Shown: positions 1 through 11,132 of the stretch, piece by piece
Layout: every line of letters starts with the position of its first letter
Numbering within the stretch: the first letter of the stretch is position 1
Source: Candidatus Sumerlaeales bacterium
GTDB taxonomy: Bacteria; Sumerlaeota; Sumerlaeia; Sumerlaeales; Sumerlaeaceae
Assembly (NCBI GenBank): GCA_038243585.1
Contig: JBBSQY010000008.1
Location: forward strand, 1 to 64,000
DNA: 64,000 bases
Reading direction: 5' to 3'
Notes under the pieces: model-generated
Told to the model about the DNA's origin: nothing
What the model saw: only the letters and a program-made list of their open reading frames with translations
Database searches by the model: none
Translations under genes and position numbers: made by a program

Positions 1-208
1 CTACGTCGTGATAGCCACCTTCGCCCTGAACGGCCCAAATCGCTGCAGTGGGCTTGATGTGACTCGCTATAGTGCCGAATCACTTCTTGCCGACTTTGGC
101 CCAGAGTGGAAGCTCTTGGCGTCTAGCACTGTGGCCCACCAGACTCCCTGGCAGGCAGAGCAGATGTTCACGTACTGCATTATAACCAAATCAGCAAGCG
201 TTGATTAA
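1..208 (+). CDS. C-terminal fragment of a class I SAM-dependent methyltransferase (5' end outside window)
   Basis: IATFALNGPNRCSGLDVTRY...HQTPWQAEQMFTY resembles the C-terminus of a common small SAM methyltransferase family; the frame is open from the window edge. Confidence 0.65.
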   Translation, partial: YVVIATFALNGPNRCSGLDVTRYSAESLLADFGPEWKLLASSTVAHQTPWQAEQMFTYCIITKSASVD

Positions 209-532
209 ACGACACGTACGGCGCCTACTGTTTTTCACTCTTCGCTAGTTGTGTAGCAGGTTGCTCAGCCCAATATCCACCTGATGGGATGTCTCAAACG
301 CTTCATTAAGAATGGTCGCACAGCATCCGCGACCTTCTGGCCCGATCAGAGTGCTGGCGTTACTCCTGGCATACTCTTCGATCTGAAACCGTCGTTGGAG
401 TCGGTTATCTATTCGATGTCCAGACCGATCTTTAGACTGACTAATTTGTTCTGGATCAAAAATGTATATAGCACAGGCGCAGGATCCCATATCCAGGCCG
501 CACATTAACCGTCAGATGGAAAAGAATCTAAA

Positions 533-2071
533 ATGCTGTCTCGCATCGTTCGACAAATCCTTCAAGCCACAGTCTATGACGTTGCCGTAGAAACTCCCCT
601 CGAACCAGCGCCCCGAATTAGCGAACGCTTAAACAACAACATCCGAATAAAGCGGGAAGATTTACAGCCCGTTTTTTCCTTCAAACTACGCGGTGCGTAT
701 AACCGCATCAGCCAGCTATCGTCCTCTCAAATGAAACTCGGGGTGATAACAGCATCAGCAGGCAACCATGCCCAGGGTGTGGCATTGTCTGCCCAGAAGC
801 TTGGCATTCGCGCCATAATTGTTATGCCACAGACCACTCCCGAAATTAAGATTCAGGCTGTGATTCGCCTGGGTGGCGAAGTCGTTTTGCATGGCGACTC
901 GTTTGATGTTGCCAATGAACACGCCATGCAGCGTGCGCAAGACGAAGGCTTAACTTTCATTCCGCCGTATGACGATGAGATGGTCATTGCAGGACAAGGC
1001 ACCATCGCTGATGAAATTTTGCGTCAGTGGCGGGATGTCGAATACGTGTTCGTTGCCGTAGGCGGTGGCGGCTTAATTGCAGGCGTAGCCGCCTACCTCG
1101 GATATGTCGCTCCCCACGTAAAGGTCATCCCTGTCGAGTACGAAGAGTCCGCTTGTCTCAAAGCCGCGTTCGAGCAGAACACCCGCGTTTCCCTTCCCCA
1201 TGTCGGCCTGTTCGCCGACGGAACCGCCGTAGCGCAAATCGGCAAAATACCATTTGAGATTATCCAGCTGCCTAAGTCCGACGACTCCGGACCAATCGTG
1301 GAACGCGAAGTCGTGCTAGTAACCACAGACGAGATCTGTGCAGCGATTAAAGACACCTTCGATGAATGTCGCAGCATAGTAGAACCATCAGGCGCGATGG
1401 CCCTCGCGGGAATTAAAAAATACGTAGAACAGCACAAGGTCCAAAACAGAAACATGGTATCAATAGTGTGTGGTGCAAATATGAACTTCGACCGCTTGCG
1501 CTACATCGCAGAGAGAACAGAAATCGGCGAACGCCGGGAAGCCATCTTTGCCGTCGCCATTCCAGAAGAAAAAGGTTCATTCCTCAACTTTTGCCGCACC
1601 CTTCAGGGCCGCAACATTACAGAATTTAATTACCGCGCCAGCAGCGACGACAAAGCCCAGGTCTTTGTCGGGATCAGCTTAAAGGGAGGCGAAGCTGAGC
1701 GCCACGAAATCCACGATCTTTTAAGTGCGAAATATGACGTTGATGATTTGTCTGATGATGAAGTTGCGAAGTTGCACATTCGCTACCTGGTAGGCGGACG
1801 GGCCACCATTGAAAATGAACGTTTGTTTCGCGTAGAATTCCCAGAGCGTCCCGGCGCACTATTGACATTCCTGGAGCGCTTGGGCCCTGCCTATAACATC
1901 ACCCTGTTTCATTACAGGAATCACGGCGCCGCCGAAGGCCGCGTACTGGTTGGCCTGGAGGCGACCGATGCCAAACTTAACCCATCCGGATTAATTGACA
2001 GACTAGAGGCCATCAGCTATCCCTATGATGAGATCAGTCAAAATATAGGCTATCAACGTTTCTTAAAATGA
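533..2071 (+). CDS. ilvA: Biosynthetic threonine ammonia-lyase (threonine deaminase)
   Basis: KREDLQPVFSFKLRGAYN with the PLP lysine, SAGNHAQG, VGGGGL, and two C-terminal regulatory repeats (ITEFNYR; FPERPGAL..HYRNHG). Confidence 0.97.
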   Translation: MLSRIVRQILQATVYDVAVETPLEPAPRISERLNNNIRIKREDLQPVFSFKLRGAYNRISQLSSSQMKLGVITASAGNHAQGVALSAQKLGIRAIIVMPQTTPEIKIQAVIRLGGEVVLHGDSFDVANEHAMQRAQDEGLTFIPPYDDEMVIAGQGTIADEILRQWRDVEYVFVAVGGGGLIAGVAAYLGYVAPHVKVIPVEYEESACLKAAFEQNTRVSLPHVGLFADGTAVAQIGKIPFEIIQLPKSDDSGPIVEREVVLVTTDEICAAIKDTFDECRSIVEPSGAMALAGIKKYVEQHKVQNRNMVSIVCGANMNFDRLRYIAERTEIGERREAIFAVAIPEEKGSFLNFCRTLQGRNITEFNYRASSDDKAQVFVGISLKGGEAERHEIHDLLSAKYDVDDLSDDEVAKLHIRYLVGGRATIENERLFRVEFPERPGALLTFLERLGPAYNITLFHYRNHGAAEGRVLVGLEATDAKLNPSGLIDRLEAISYPYDEISQNIGYQRFLK

Positions 2072-2128
2072 CCTGAAATACAAGAATCCGAAACCTGATT
2101 AGCAAAACCCTTCCACGCCTTGGCCTTA

Positions 2129-2333
2129 GCTTTTGCTTTTCTTGCTTTTGCTTTTCCTTTGTGCCTTTGAGTCTTTGTGTCAAACTTCGCCAACCCCACT
2201 ACCATCCCATGCAGCCCCCACCACCCGCTCCGCGCTTACCCTCGCCATCCTCGTCATCAAAACTTTCCTCCCTCCAATTCCTCGCGGCAAAGCCGCACCA
2301 CAATTCGTAATTCGTAATTTGTAATTCGTAATT
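2129..2333. repeat. Cluster of degenerate short tandem repeats: (GCTTTT)n, (CTTTGTGY)x3 at 2157-2180, CTCGYCATC units, (AATTCGT)x4.5 at 2302-2333
   Basis: Read directly: ctttgtgc ctttgagt ctttgtgt; aattcgt aattcgt aatttgt aattcgt aatt. Confidence 0.75.
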
Positions 2334-2441
2334 AAAAAAAACTGTGCCCACAGACACCCATACGCACCCATGCGGGAATTCCCATCCGCAATTTCCCATG
2401 CTCTAATCCTTCTCAATCACATCCAGAAAAGGAGCAAAGCA

Positions 2442-3080
2442 ATGCAAGACCCAAACAACACCCCAGGCAGCGCAATCCCCAAATCCCCCGACGAACAACC
2501 CGAAGACGATACCGAAGAAATCCAATACATGCACCAATCCCCCAACGGATTCAAAACCCCCTACTACCAATGGACCGGCAACCTCGTTAACGAAACAAGA
2601 CCCACCGACTACATCGACGTCCCCGAACACCTTTACCGCAATATGAAAGTAGCAAACGGCCAGCCGTTCCGCCGCGCCCTGGCCGACGAAGAAGAAACCG
2701 GCCTGCCCCTGCCCCGCACCTACGGGACCCTTATGCTGCCCGACTCCTTTGATCCCGTCGCCAACCCCGAACTTGAGCCCGACTCCCCGCCCGGTATACC
2801 AATGCACGCCCACCCGCCCGACGCCAAGGCCCACGAAGTTCTCGCCGGCATGGCCCAGGATATGGTCGAAGTCGGTTCCGTCATGGTCGCCCGCATGCGC
2901 GTCGCCATCGGTTACGAACCCGACGCCAAAATGATCCGCCTCTACAAGGAACTCGCCGTCGCCCTCTCGAAAATGTACTACGTCACCCGCGAACACGACC
3001 AATCCAAACAGAAAGCAAAATCCGCCAATCAACCAAAACGCCCCCCCGGACGCCCCCGCAAATCCAGCCAGCCCACCTGA
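2442..3080 (+). CDS. Orphan hypothetical protein with an AT-hook-like C-terminus (KRPPGRPRK)
   Basis: AAGGAG RBS precedes ATG 2442 (track start is 2370); strong C/A third-position bias consistent with this frame. Confidence 0.65.
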   Translation: MQDPNNTPGSAIPKSPDEQPEDDTEEIQYMHQSPNGFKTPYYQWTGNLVNETRPTDYIDVPEHLYRNMKVANGQPFRRALADEEETGLPLPRTYGTLMLPDSFDPVANPELEPDSPPGIPMHAHPPDAKAHEVLAGMAQDMVEVGSVMVARMRVAIGYEPDAKMIRLYKELAVALSKMYYVTREHDQSKQKAKSANQPKRPPGRPRKSSQPT

Positions 3081-3300
3081 AAAAAGTAAGAGAGGGGGGA
3101 GTATTATTTAATTATCCAGTTCTTTGAAATCAAATCATTTACGCCGCAAAAAAAATACCGTCACCCCCCCCTGGAGCGTCCATCTTCTATGTTCCGCCCA
3201 CATACTGGACGGGGTATCCGGCGTTAGCCTCGGGGTCACCAACAACGGCGGGATAATCTGGTATAAACGGAATCGATAGGCTCTTAAGGGGGAGCGTGGC

Positions 3301-4032
3301 TCAGCCTGGGTTTAGGCCGGCAGGGTTACCGGCGCTTCCAGGGGGAGTAACTACAGCAGGCGCTTCGGTGCCTGGTTCGATTATCTCGAGCCCGTCTGGC
3401 AGTTCGGCCGTTGTTCCATCTGGATGAATCACAACGACGTCCCATTTTCCAACCAACGGCGCTTCGTTTAGGGTACGCATGATTGTCAGAGCGTTTCCGC
3501 CCTCTTCAATAATTTCCGGGAATGTGGTTTCTTCCTTGTTCCTGCGAAACTCGACTCTTGCCCCGGAAAGATTTTTGCCAGTAATCGTAATTGAGGTATC
3601 CTCATTCTGGGGTATCGTCGCCGGTTGAATGCTTATGCTTTCTGCCGGAGCGGAAACTTCAACCGCGGGGGCCACGGCTGGCGCTGAAGTCGCAGAGCCA
3701 GTGGTGGCTGCTTCCAGGACGGGTGTCGTTATCGTGATTTCTGAGTCTTCCGCTCTCGGGCTAGATGGGGTATTTGCCTGGAGATCCGTTGCTGGGGATT
3801 TTTCAGATTCTGAAGAGACTGGCAGGTCTGGTGCTGGTTGAACAGCAATCGACGGCGTCTCCTGGTCTTTGCCGGAGTCGTTAGAAGTGTTTTGAGTAAG
3901 CTCACCGTCAGGTGCGTTTGATGTTTTTGTGCTGGATTCTACTCCGCAGCCGCAAATGAGGATTATAAAACACAGACTTACAGCCATGCAGATATTTTTG
4001 ATACAAGGGGTTTCCATAGTTTTACTCTCCAA
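3301..4032 (-). CDS. Putative lipoprotein with a S/T/P/A-rich linker and a C-terminal Ig-like (IPT/TIG-type) domain
   Basis: Hydrophobic stretch ending ..ILICGCG (lipobox-like); ISIQPATI..ITITGKNLSGA..WDVVVIHPDG is a typical IPT/TIG pattern. Confidence 0.65.
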   Translation of the reverse strand: MESKTMETPCIKNICMAVSLCFIILICGCGVESSTKTSNAPDGELTQNTSNDSGKDQETPSIAVQPAPDLPVSSESEKSPATDLQANTPSSPRAEDSEITITTPVLEAATTGSATSAPAVAPAVEVSAPAESISIQPATIPQNEDTSITITGKNLSGARVEFRRNKEETTFPEIIEEGGNALTIMRTLNEAPLVGKWDVVVIHPDGTTAELPDGLEIIEPGTEAPAVVTPPGSAGNPAGLNPG

Positions 4033-4176
4033 AGAACGACTCTACAAATAATACGATTTCATGATATAGCAATAATAAACAGGGTGAGGGACCCGTCTTA
4101 CGACAATGGCCTGAGCCCATTTGCTCTTTAAATACAATATATTATTCGCAATCTGAGCAAATGCGCGGACTCGTGC

Positions 4177-4205
4177 TTGACTAGGTCGTCCAGATGGCAT
4201 ATAAA
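4177..4205 (+). promoter_or_regulatory. Sigma70-type promoter for the large surface protein
   Basis: TTGACT (4177-4182), 17 nt spacer, TATAAA (4200-4205). Confidence 0.55.
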
Positions 4206-4289
4206 AGAGTTGTAAAATGCAGACGCTACGAAAGGTTTAATTTCTTTCGCTCCCGCTGATCTCCCTGTTCCGGAAAGGAACTTTTTAGG

Positions 4290-7200
4290 ATGTTTAGTTT
4301 TATTTTAGAGCGGGTAATGCTGAGGCAGCCAACTCTGTGCGTTGTTATTGCAGGGGTCGCTTCTCTGGGAAGCGCGGCACCTTACAGTTCCACAGGCAGC
4401 GGTAGCTCAACTATCGGAGCAGGCGGAAATTACGCTACTATATCAGCAGCCTGCGCGGCTGTGACGGCTGCGGGCTCGCGAGACGCCAGCGAATGGACAT
4501 TCCTAATAACAGGAAATGTGACCGAAACCGCTAACTCCTCTTTGATGTGTACTGTTAATCCTGCAGGCGGCATCACGTTTAGGCCCCAGAGCGGGAAGCA
4601 GGTTACTGTAACATGGCCGTTACTTGCTGATAGCGCAGGGATTAGCGGACGTATCGTTGTCGGCGGCTCTACCGCAACTGCAACAGTTAAGAAAACAGAC
4701 AATATCACCTTTGACGGCAGCAACACCCCTGGCGGCTCCACACGCGATATGTTTTTTGTAGGAGCAGCCGCCGAAACAACTTCTGGATATTTTGTTACAG
4801 TAGCTGGAAATAGCGATTCCTTCATAGCTCGTAATCTTTCAATTCAGGGATTAAGCACAGCAGCGAATGCGTCCTGTATCGCTTTCAGGCCTTCCTTTTC
4901 TGACACTGGTGCCAGCGGAAACTACTGTCCCGATAACTGGATAGTAGACAATTGTTTGCTCCAGCAGATATCGTCAGCCTCTGGACAGGGCATTAACGGC
5001 ACAGCTGTACGGGGAACAGTTCCTTCAGGAACTGCAATGAGCGGTTGGTCTATCACCAACAATACATTTGTCCATGGCTCCCGGGCAATTTTTCTAACCT
5101 CGGCTGGCGGCAATATATCCGGGAATACCTTCCGGCAAACTCTTGGGGCTGCTAACCAGGATAGCTGTATTTTACATAACAGCACAAACGGCGCAACCGG
5201 GTGGACATGGACCATTGATAAAAACGTTTTTGATGTTATAACCAGCCCAAACGTCAGCCCGGGTGATTTTGGTACGGCAGTCATGATTGTAGGCCCCGGT
5301 TCTGGGGCTGGTACTTACCATATTACAAACAATAGCATTGCCGGCTTTAACTTCACCGGAGCTACTTCTGTGGACCAGAATTATCAAGCCATTCGAGTTG
5401 GCGGCACCAGCTCTATGATTGTAAATATTGAGCACAATTCTATTAGCATGCCAAACACGCCCCGGGCGACTGGAGTAACGGCCGGGCGTGTTGCCGCGAT
5501 TTCACGCACTAATGCGACGGCAACTCCTGCTGTTTTAAGCGTAAAAAACAACATCATCCGCTTTTTACAAACAACTGGAAATCCTGCTGCTGTGTTTGCA
5601 GCATCCAGTCCAAACCTTACCATTGACGGAAACAATATTGTTACGGCCGGCTCTAATCATTTCGGGTCGATAGCAGGTGTCACTTATAATACCTTTCCGG
5701 CGTGGCAAGGTGCGGGGTACGACATTAATGGACAAAATATAGACCCAACCACTACAACTGGCGGAGCATGGGCATCTCCCAATCTAAACCAAATGGGTGA
5801 CCTCCACTTCCTTGACGCACCTACAAATTTGCTAAAATCCACTGTGGCTAACACATCTGCTAATTCTGCCAATGACATTGATGGCGAATCCCGCGGGGTT
5901 ACAGGTAATTACTATCCTGGATCTGATCAGCCTAATGCCTTTGCAATCTATTCCTGGGTAGGCGGCGCAACTGGAGACATGAGTGTTGCCTCAAATTGGT
6001 CAGACGGAGCTAATCCTAGGACAACACCAAAAGCGACGGACATTTTGCAGGTTAATTCCGGAGGCCCGGTTACCATTTTAGTTCGGGATCAGCACATTAG
6101 CGGCTTGCAGATCAGTAATGCAACCGCTTTGACTTTGCGCCAGTTTTATACAGCCTCTGCAATCAATCATCGTCTGGCTGTATTGGACGGGAACAATGGT
6201 CCTGCGGGAGATTTGGTAGTTGATCTCAACTCCTCAGTAACTTACACTGGCGGAACTCCTATCATAACCGAATTGACCTCTTCTGCCCCCAATGCCGCCA
6301 CGGGGGAAATTAACGGAGATATTCTATTTGCTTCCACTGCAGCAAGTGCAGGTCACAGAATATTTGTAAGGTCCCTTGCTGGACTTATATTTAGGTCTGG
6401 GGCATCATGCTCAATGGCTCCTTCCAGCACTGGAGGCGGGACGGGTTTCGGAGCAGTCGCAGATTCACCTGTTGGCTCAGTTAAATTTGAATCTGGTTCC
6501 ACATGGAACCAATCTGCCACGAAGGCAGGCGTGCGATCCGGCGGAACGGGATCGTCTCCGTTCTCTACGTCAGGCGGAGCCGGCATTGCCACCTTCGAAC
6601 CCGGCAGCAACTTTATAAATTGGGGAAGTACTGCAAGCGTCCTACTTGATGTAACTGGTCGCACATTTGGAAACTATGTGTGGCGCAGTGGCTTTAACGC
6701 AACGGATTCTGGAGCCATGGCGATGGTAATAACCGACACTTTGACTCTTGGTGCTTCCGGACTTGCCACAGCAGGAACACTTACTTTTGGTACAGGAACG
6801 TCAGCCACTGTTGCGGGTTTATTTATTGAAAGTGGCACCAACGTCGGCTCGTTTGTCGATAACGGAGTGGCGCCCGTTCCAAGTGACTTCACCTTCACCG
6901 GCAATATCGACATTAGCGCTAATCCAACAAACTTCACGCCTAATCACAGCGCCGATCGCCTTTATCGAATTGCTGGCACCACGACTCAGACCATTAATTT
7001 TTCTGACCTGCTCCTTGCGAAAATCGATATCGTAACATCAGGCGGCGACGTCAACATGACCGGCGGGTTGAGGGTTGGATCGGTGCTTAAAATCAACCTC
7101 TCAGCAGGAAACATACTTAATGGTGCAAATGTGCTGGAACTTGGTACAGGTGTTGGCAACGTTGGCACTTACACTCAGACCGCAGGGCATGTAGTTGGTC

Positions 7201-7676
7201 AGTTTAAGCGGTGGATGGGTCCGAATATTAGCGCTTGGCCTTTTCCGATTGGAACTGTCACGGCAGACCGTGCTGCAGTCATTGACTTTACCACTGCACC
7301 AACCGCAGGAGGCTCGCTTACGGCCAGCTTTATCGCCTCTGATCCGGGCGACAGCGGAATGCCTTTGTCAGACGACATTAACCTCACTACAGTTGCCAGC
7401 GATGGTTTCTGGACGGTGACTGCTGCGGATGGTTTGGCAGGAGGCACCTATACTGCATTGTTAAACGCTTCAGGGTTTGCTGATATCACGGACGCAAGCG
7501 GCCTGCGGATAGTAAAGCGTACGACTGCCGGACCCGGCGCTTGGACGATTGATGGAACTCCTGGAACGAATTCTGGCGCTGTTGTGGTTCGGACAGGCAT
7601 GAGCGGGTTCTCCGACTTCTCGGTTGCTGGTAACTCGCAGGTACCTGTTAGCCTATCAGGTTTCACCCTGGAGTAG
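4290..7676 (+). CDS. Large secreted/surface protein with beta-helix-like repeats and a C-terminal VPVSLSGFTLE tail
   Basis: Signal-peptide-like N-terminus (possible start 4317), G/T/S/A/N-rich, IxNNxI repeats, DIDGESR motif; the last ~150 aa resemble Bacteroidota surface-protein modules. Confidence 0.75.
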   Translation: MFSFILERVMLRQPTLCVVIAGVASLGSAAPYSSTGSGSSTIGAGGNYATISAACAAVTAAGSRDASEWTFLITGNVTETANSSLMCTVNPAGGITFRPQSGKQVTVTWPLLADSAGISGRIVVGGSTATATVKKTDNITFDGSNTPGGSTRDMFFVGAAAETTSGYFVTVAGNSDSFIARNLSIQGLSTAANASCIAFRPSFSDTGASGNYCPDNWIVDNCLLQQISSASGQGINGTAVRGTVPSGTAMSGWSITNNTFVHGSRAIFLTSAGGNISGNTFRQTLGAANQDSCILHNSTNGATGWTWTIDKNVFDVITSPNVSPGDFGTAVMIVGPGSGAGTYHITNNSIAGFNFTGATSVDQNYQAIRVGGTSSMIVNIEHNSISMPNTPRATGVTAGRVAAISRTNATATPAVLSVKNNIIRFLQTTGNPAAVFAASSPNLTIDGNNIVTAGSNHFGSIAGVTYNTFPAWQGAGYDINGQNIDPTTTTGGAWASPNLNQMGDLHFLDAPTNLLKSTVANTSANSANDIDGESRGVTGNYYPGSDQPNAFAIYSWVGGATGDMSVASNWSDGANPRTTPKATDILQVNSGGPVTILVRDQHISGLQISNATALTLRQFYTASAINHRLAVLDGNNGPAGDLVVDLNSSVTYTGGTPIITELTSSAPNAATGEINGDILFASTAASAGHRIFVRSLAGLIFRSGASCSMAPSSTGGGTGFGAVADSPVGSVKFESGSTWNQSATKAGVRSGGTGSSPFSTSGGAGIATFEPGSNFINWGSTASVLLDVTGRTFGNYVWRSGFNATDSGAMAMVITDTLTLGASGLATAGTLTFGTGTSATVAGLFIESGTNVGSFVDNGVAPVPSDFTFTGNIDISANPTNFTPNHSADRLYRIAGTTTQTINFSDLLLAKIDIVTSGGDVNMTGGLRVGSVLKINLSAGNILNGANVLELGTGVGNVGTYTQTAGHVVGQFKRWMGPNISAWPFPIGTVTADRAAVIDFTTAPTAGGSLTASFIASDPGDSGMPLSDDINLTTVASDGFWTVTAADGLAGGTYTALLNASGFADITDASGLRIVKRTTAGPGAWTIDGTPGTNSGAVVVRTGMSGFSDFSVAGNSQVPVSLSGFTLE

Positions 7677-7695
7677 CTTCTGCACTTAGTTTATA

Positions 7696-7728
7696 GTGGC
7701 GGTCTGCTTCTGGGCCGCCACATTTTTT
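7696..7728 (+). terminator. Intrinsic terminator
   Basis: gtggcggtc-loop-ggccgccac stem followed by a T run, 20 nt after the stop codon. Confidence 0.7.
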
Positions 7729-7816
7729 AAAAGATGGGGGGTTGCAGCTGCAGCAAATTGGTTTTGCTATTGGGAGTGCGAAATACACCCTTTCGGGTCG
7801 TTGTGGCAATATCTAA

Positions 7817-9952
<2,136 letters not shown>

Positions 9953-9981
9953 GTTTTAATTTTCAAAACAGAGCATTGAGA

Positions 9982-10006
9982 GTAGGGCGGACATTCCTGT
10001 CTGTCC
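9982..10006 (+). repeat. REP-like palindrome
   Basis: GTAG followed by an imperfect hairpin GGGCGGACA-TTCC-TGTCTGTCC, intergenic. Confidence 0.65.
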
Positions 10007-10013
10007 CCCAGCC

Positions 10014-11120
10014 ATGACTCCCGCCATCGACATCGCCAATTCGCTGGTCGCCCTCGCCGCCTTTGCCCTCTCCCTGGTTCTCGTGCCCATCGCCAAAATG
10101 CTTGGCGCACGATTCGGCTTTGTCGACCCCGTGCACCCGGACAAAATTCATCACGAACCCATGGTCCGCTGCGGCGGCGCGGGTATCGCCGCCGCCTTCT
10201 GTCTCACATTGTTCACTGGCCTCGCTCTCTTTCATTTCGGCCTCCCAAACCGAATGCTCCCCGATAACCTCCGCAATCACATCCCAAATATTCCCGCCGT
10301 GCTGCCCCGCCTCGCCGTCGTTATGTCCGGTGCGCTACTTCTGTTTGGTGTCGGCCTCATCGATGACAGAAAGAACCTCCGACCCATTGTTAAGCTGGCC
10401 TTCCAGATCCTCGCTGGCCTCATCCTCGTTTTCGGCGGCGTGACCATAAAAATGTTTATCCCGGGTCCCATTCCCGGCGCAGTCCTTACTATTATGTGGG
10501 TGGTTCTCATCAGCAACGCCTTCAACCTGCTGGATAACATGAACGGCCTCTCCGGCGGCGTGGCGGTTGTCTGTGCTCTCAGTTTTTATCTTATCTCCCG
10601 CGCCGGCGGAGAGTATTTCATGATGGCTATGTTCGCCGCTCTGGCCGGAAGCATTGCCGGTTTTCTCCCCTACAATTTCCCCCGCGCCCGGCTGTTCATG
10701 GGCGATAGCGGCTCGCTGTTTATCGGGTATATGTTCGCCGCACTCAGCATTATGGTCACTTATTATGATGTGGGTGTGCCGACGCAGCTCCCCGTAGTCG
10801 CGCCCCTGGTAGTTCTTGGTGTGCCGCTGTTCGATACCCTGTCGGTCATGTGGATCCGCTGGCGCGCCGGCCGGCCCATCATGCAGGGGGATCAGAACCA
10901 TTTTTCCCACCGCCTCGTAGCGTTGGGATTCAGCCGGGTCCGCGCCGTTATATTTATCTGGGCTGTTACTCTCACTGTCGGTCTGGCCGCCGTCAACCTT
11001 CGCTGGCTGTCCGCCGGCGGCGCTGTGATCGCATTGACTCAGGTGGTACTTTTTTTCATCCTGATTTTCATACTCGAAATGCAGGGTAAAAAGGCGGCAT
11101 CACAGAAAAAGGAGTCCTGA
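10014..11120 (+). CDS. MraY/WecA/TagO family undecaprenyl-phosphate HexNAc-1-P transferase
   Basis: Polytopic; GLIDD, NAFNLLDNMNGL, YNFPRARLFMGDSGS, DQNHFSHRL motifs. Confidence 0.92.
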   Translation: MTPAIDIANSLVALAAFALSLVLVPIAKMLGARFGFVDPVHPDKIHHEPMVRCGGAGIAAAFCLTLFTGLALFHFGLPNRMLPDNLRNHIPNIPAVLPRLAVVMSGALLLFGVGLIDDRKNLRPIVKLAFQILAGLILVFGGVTIKMFIPGPIPGAVLTIMWVVLISNAFNLLDNMNGLSGGVAVVCALSFYLISRAGGEYFMMAMFAALAGSIAGFLPYNFPRARLFMGDSGSLFIGYMFAALSIMVTYYDVGVPTQLPVVAPLVVLGVPLFDTLSVMWIRWRAGRPIMQGDQNHFSHRLVALGFSRVRAVIFIWAVTLTVGLAAVNLRWLSAGGAVIALTQVVLFFILIFILEMQGKKAASQKKES

Positions 11121-11132
11121 CGAATCAATCAC

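Noticed and set aside
446..459. FNR/CRP-like box TTGTT-N4-ATCAA
   Set aside because: One mismatch, single instance, no supporting context
245..508. Two short overlapping ORFs upstream of ilvA
   Set aside because: No recognisable motif or RBS; probably non-coding
2403..3032. 209-aa minus-strand ORF
   Set aside because: Antisense shadow of the C/A-biased gene
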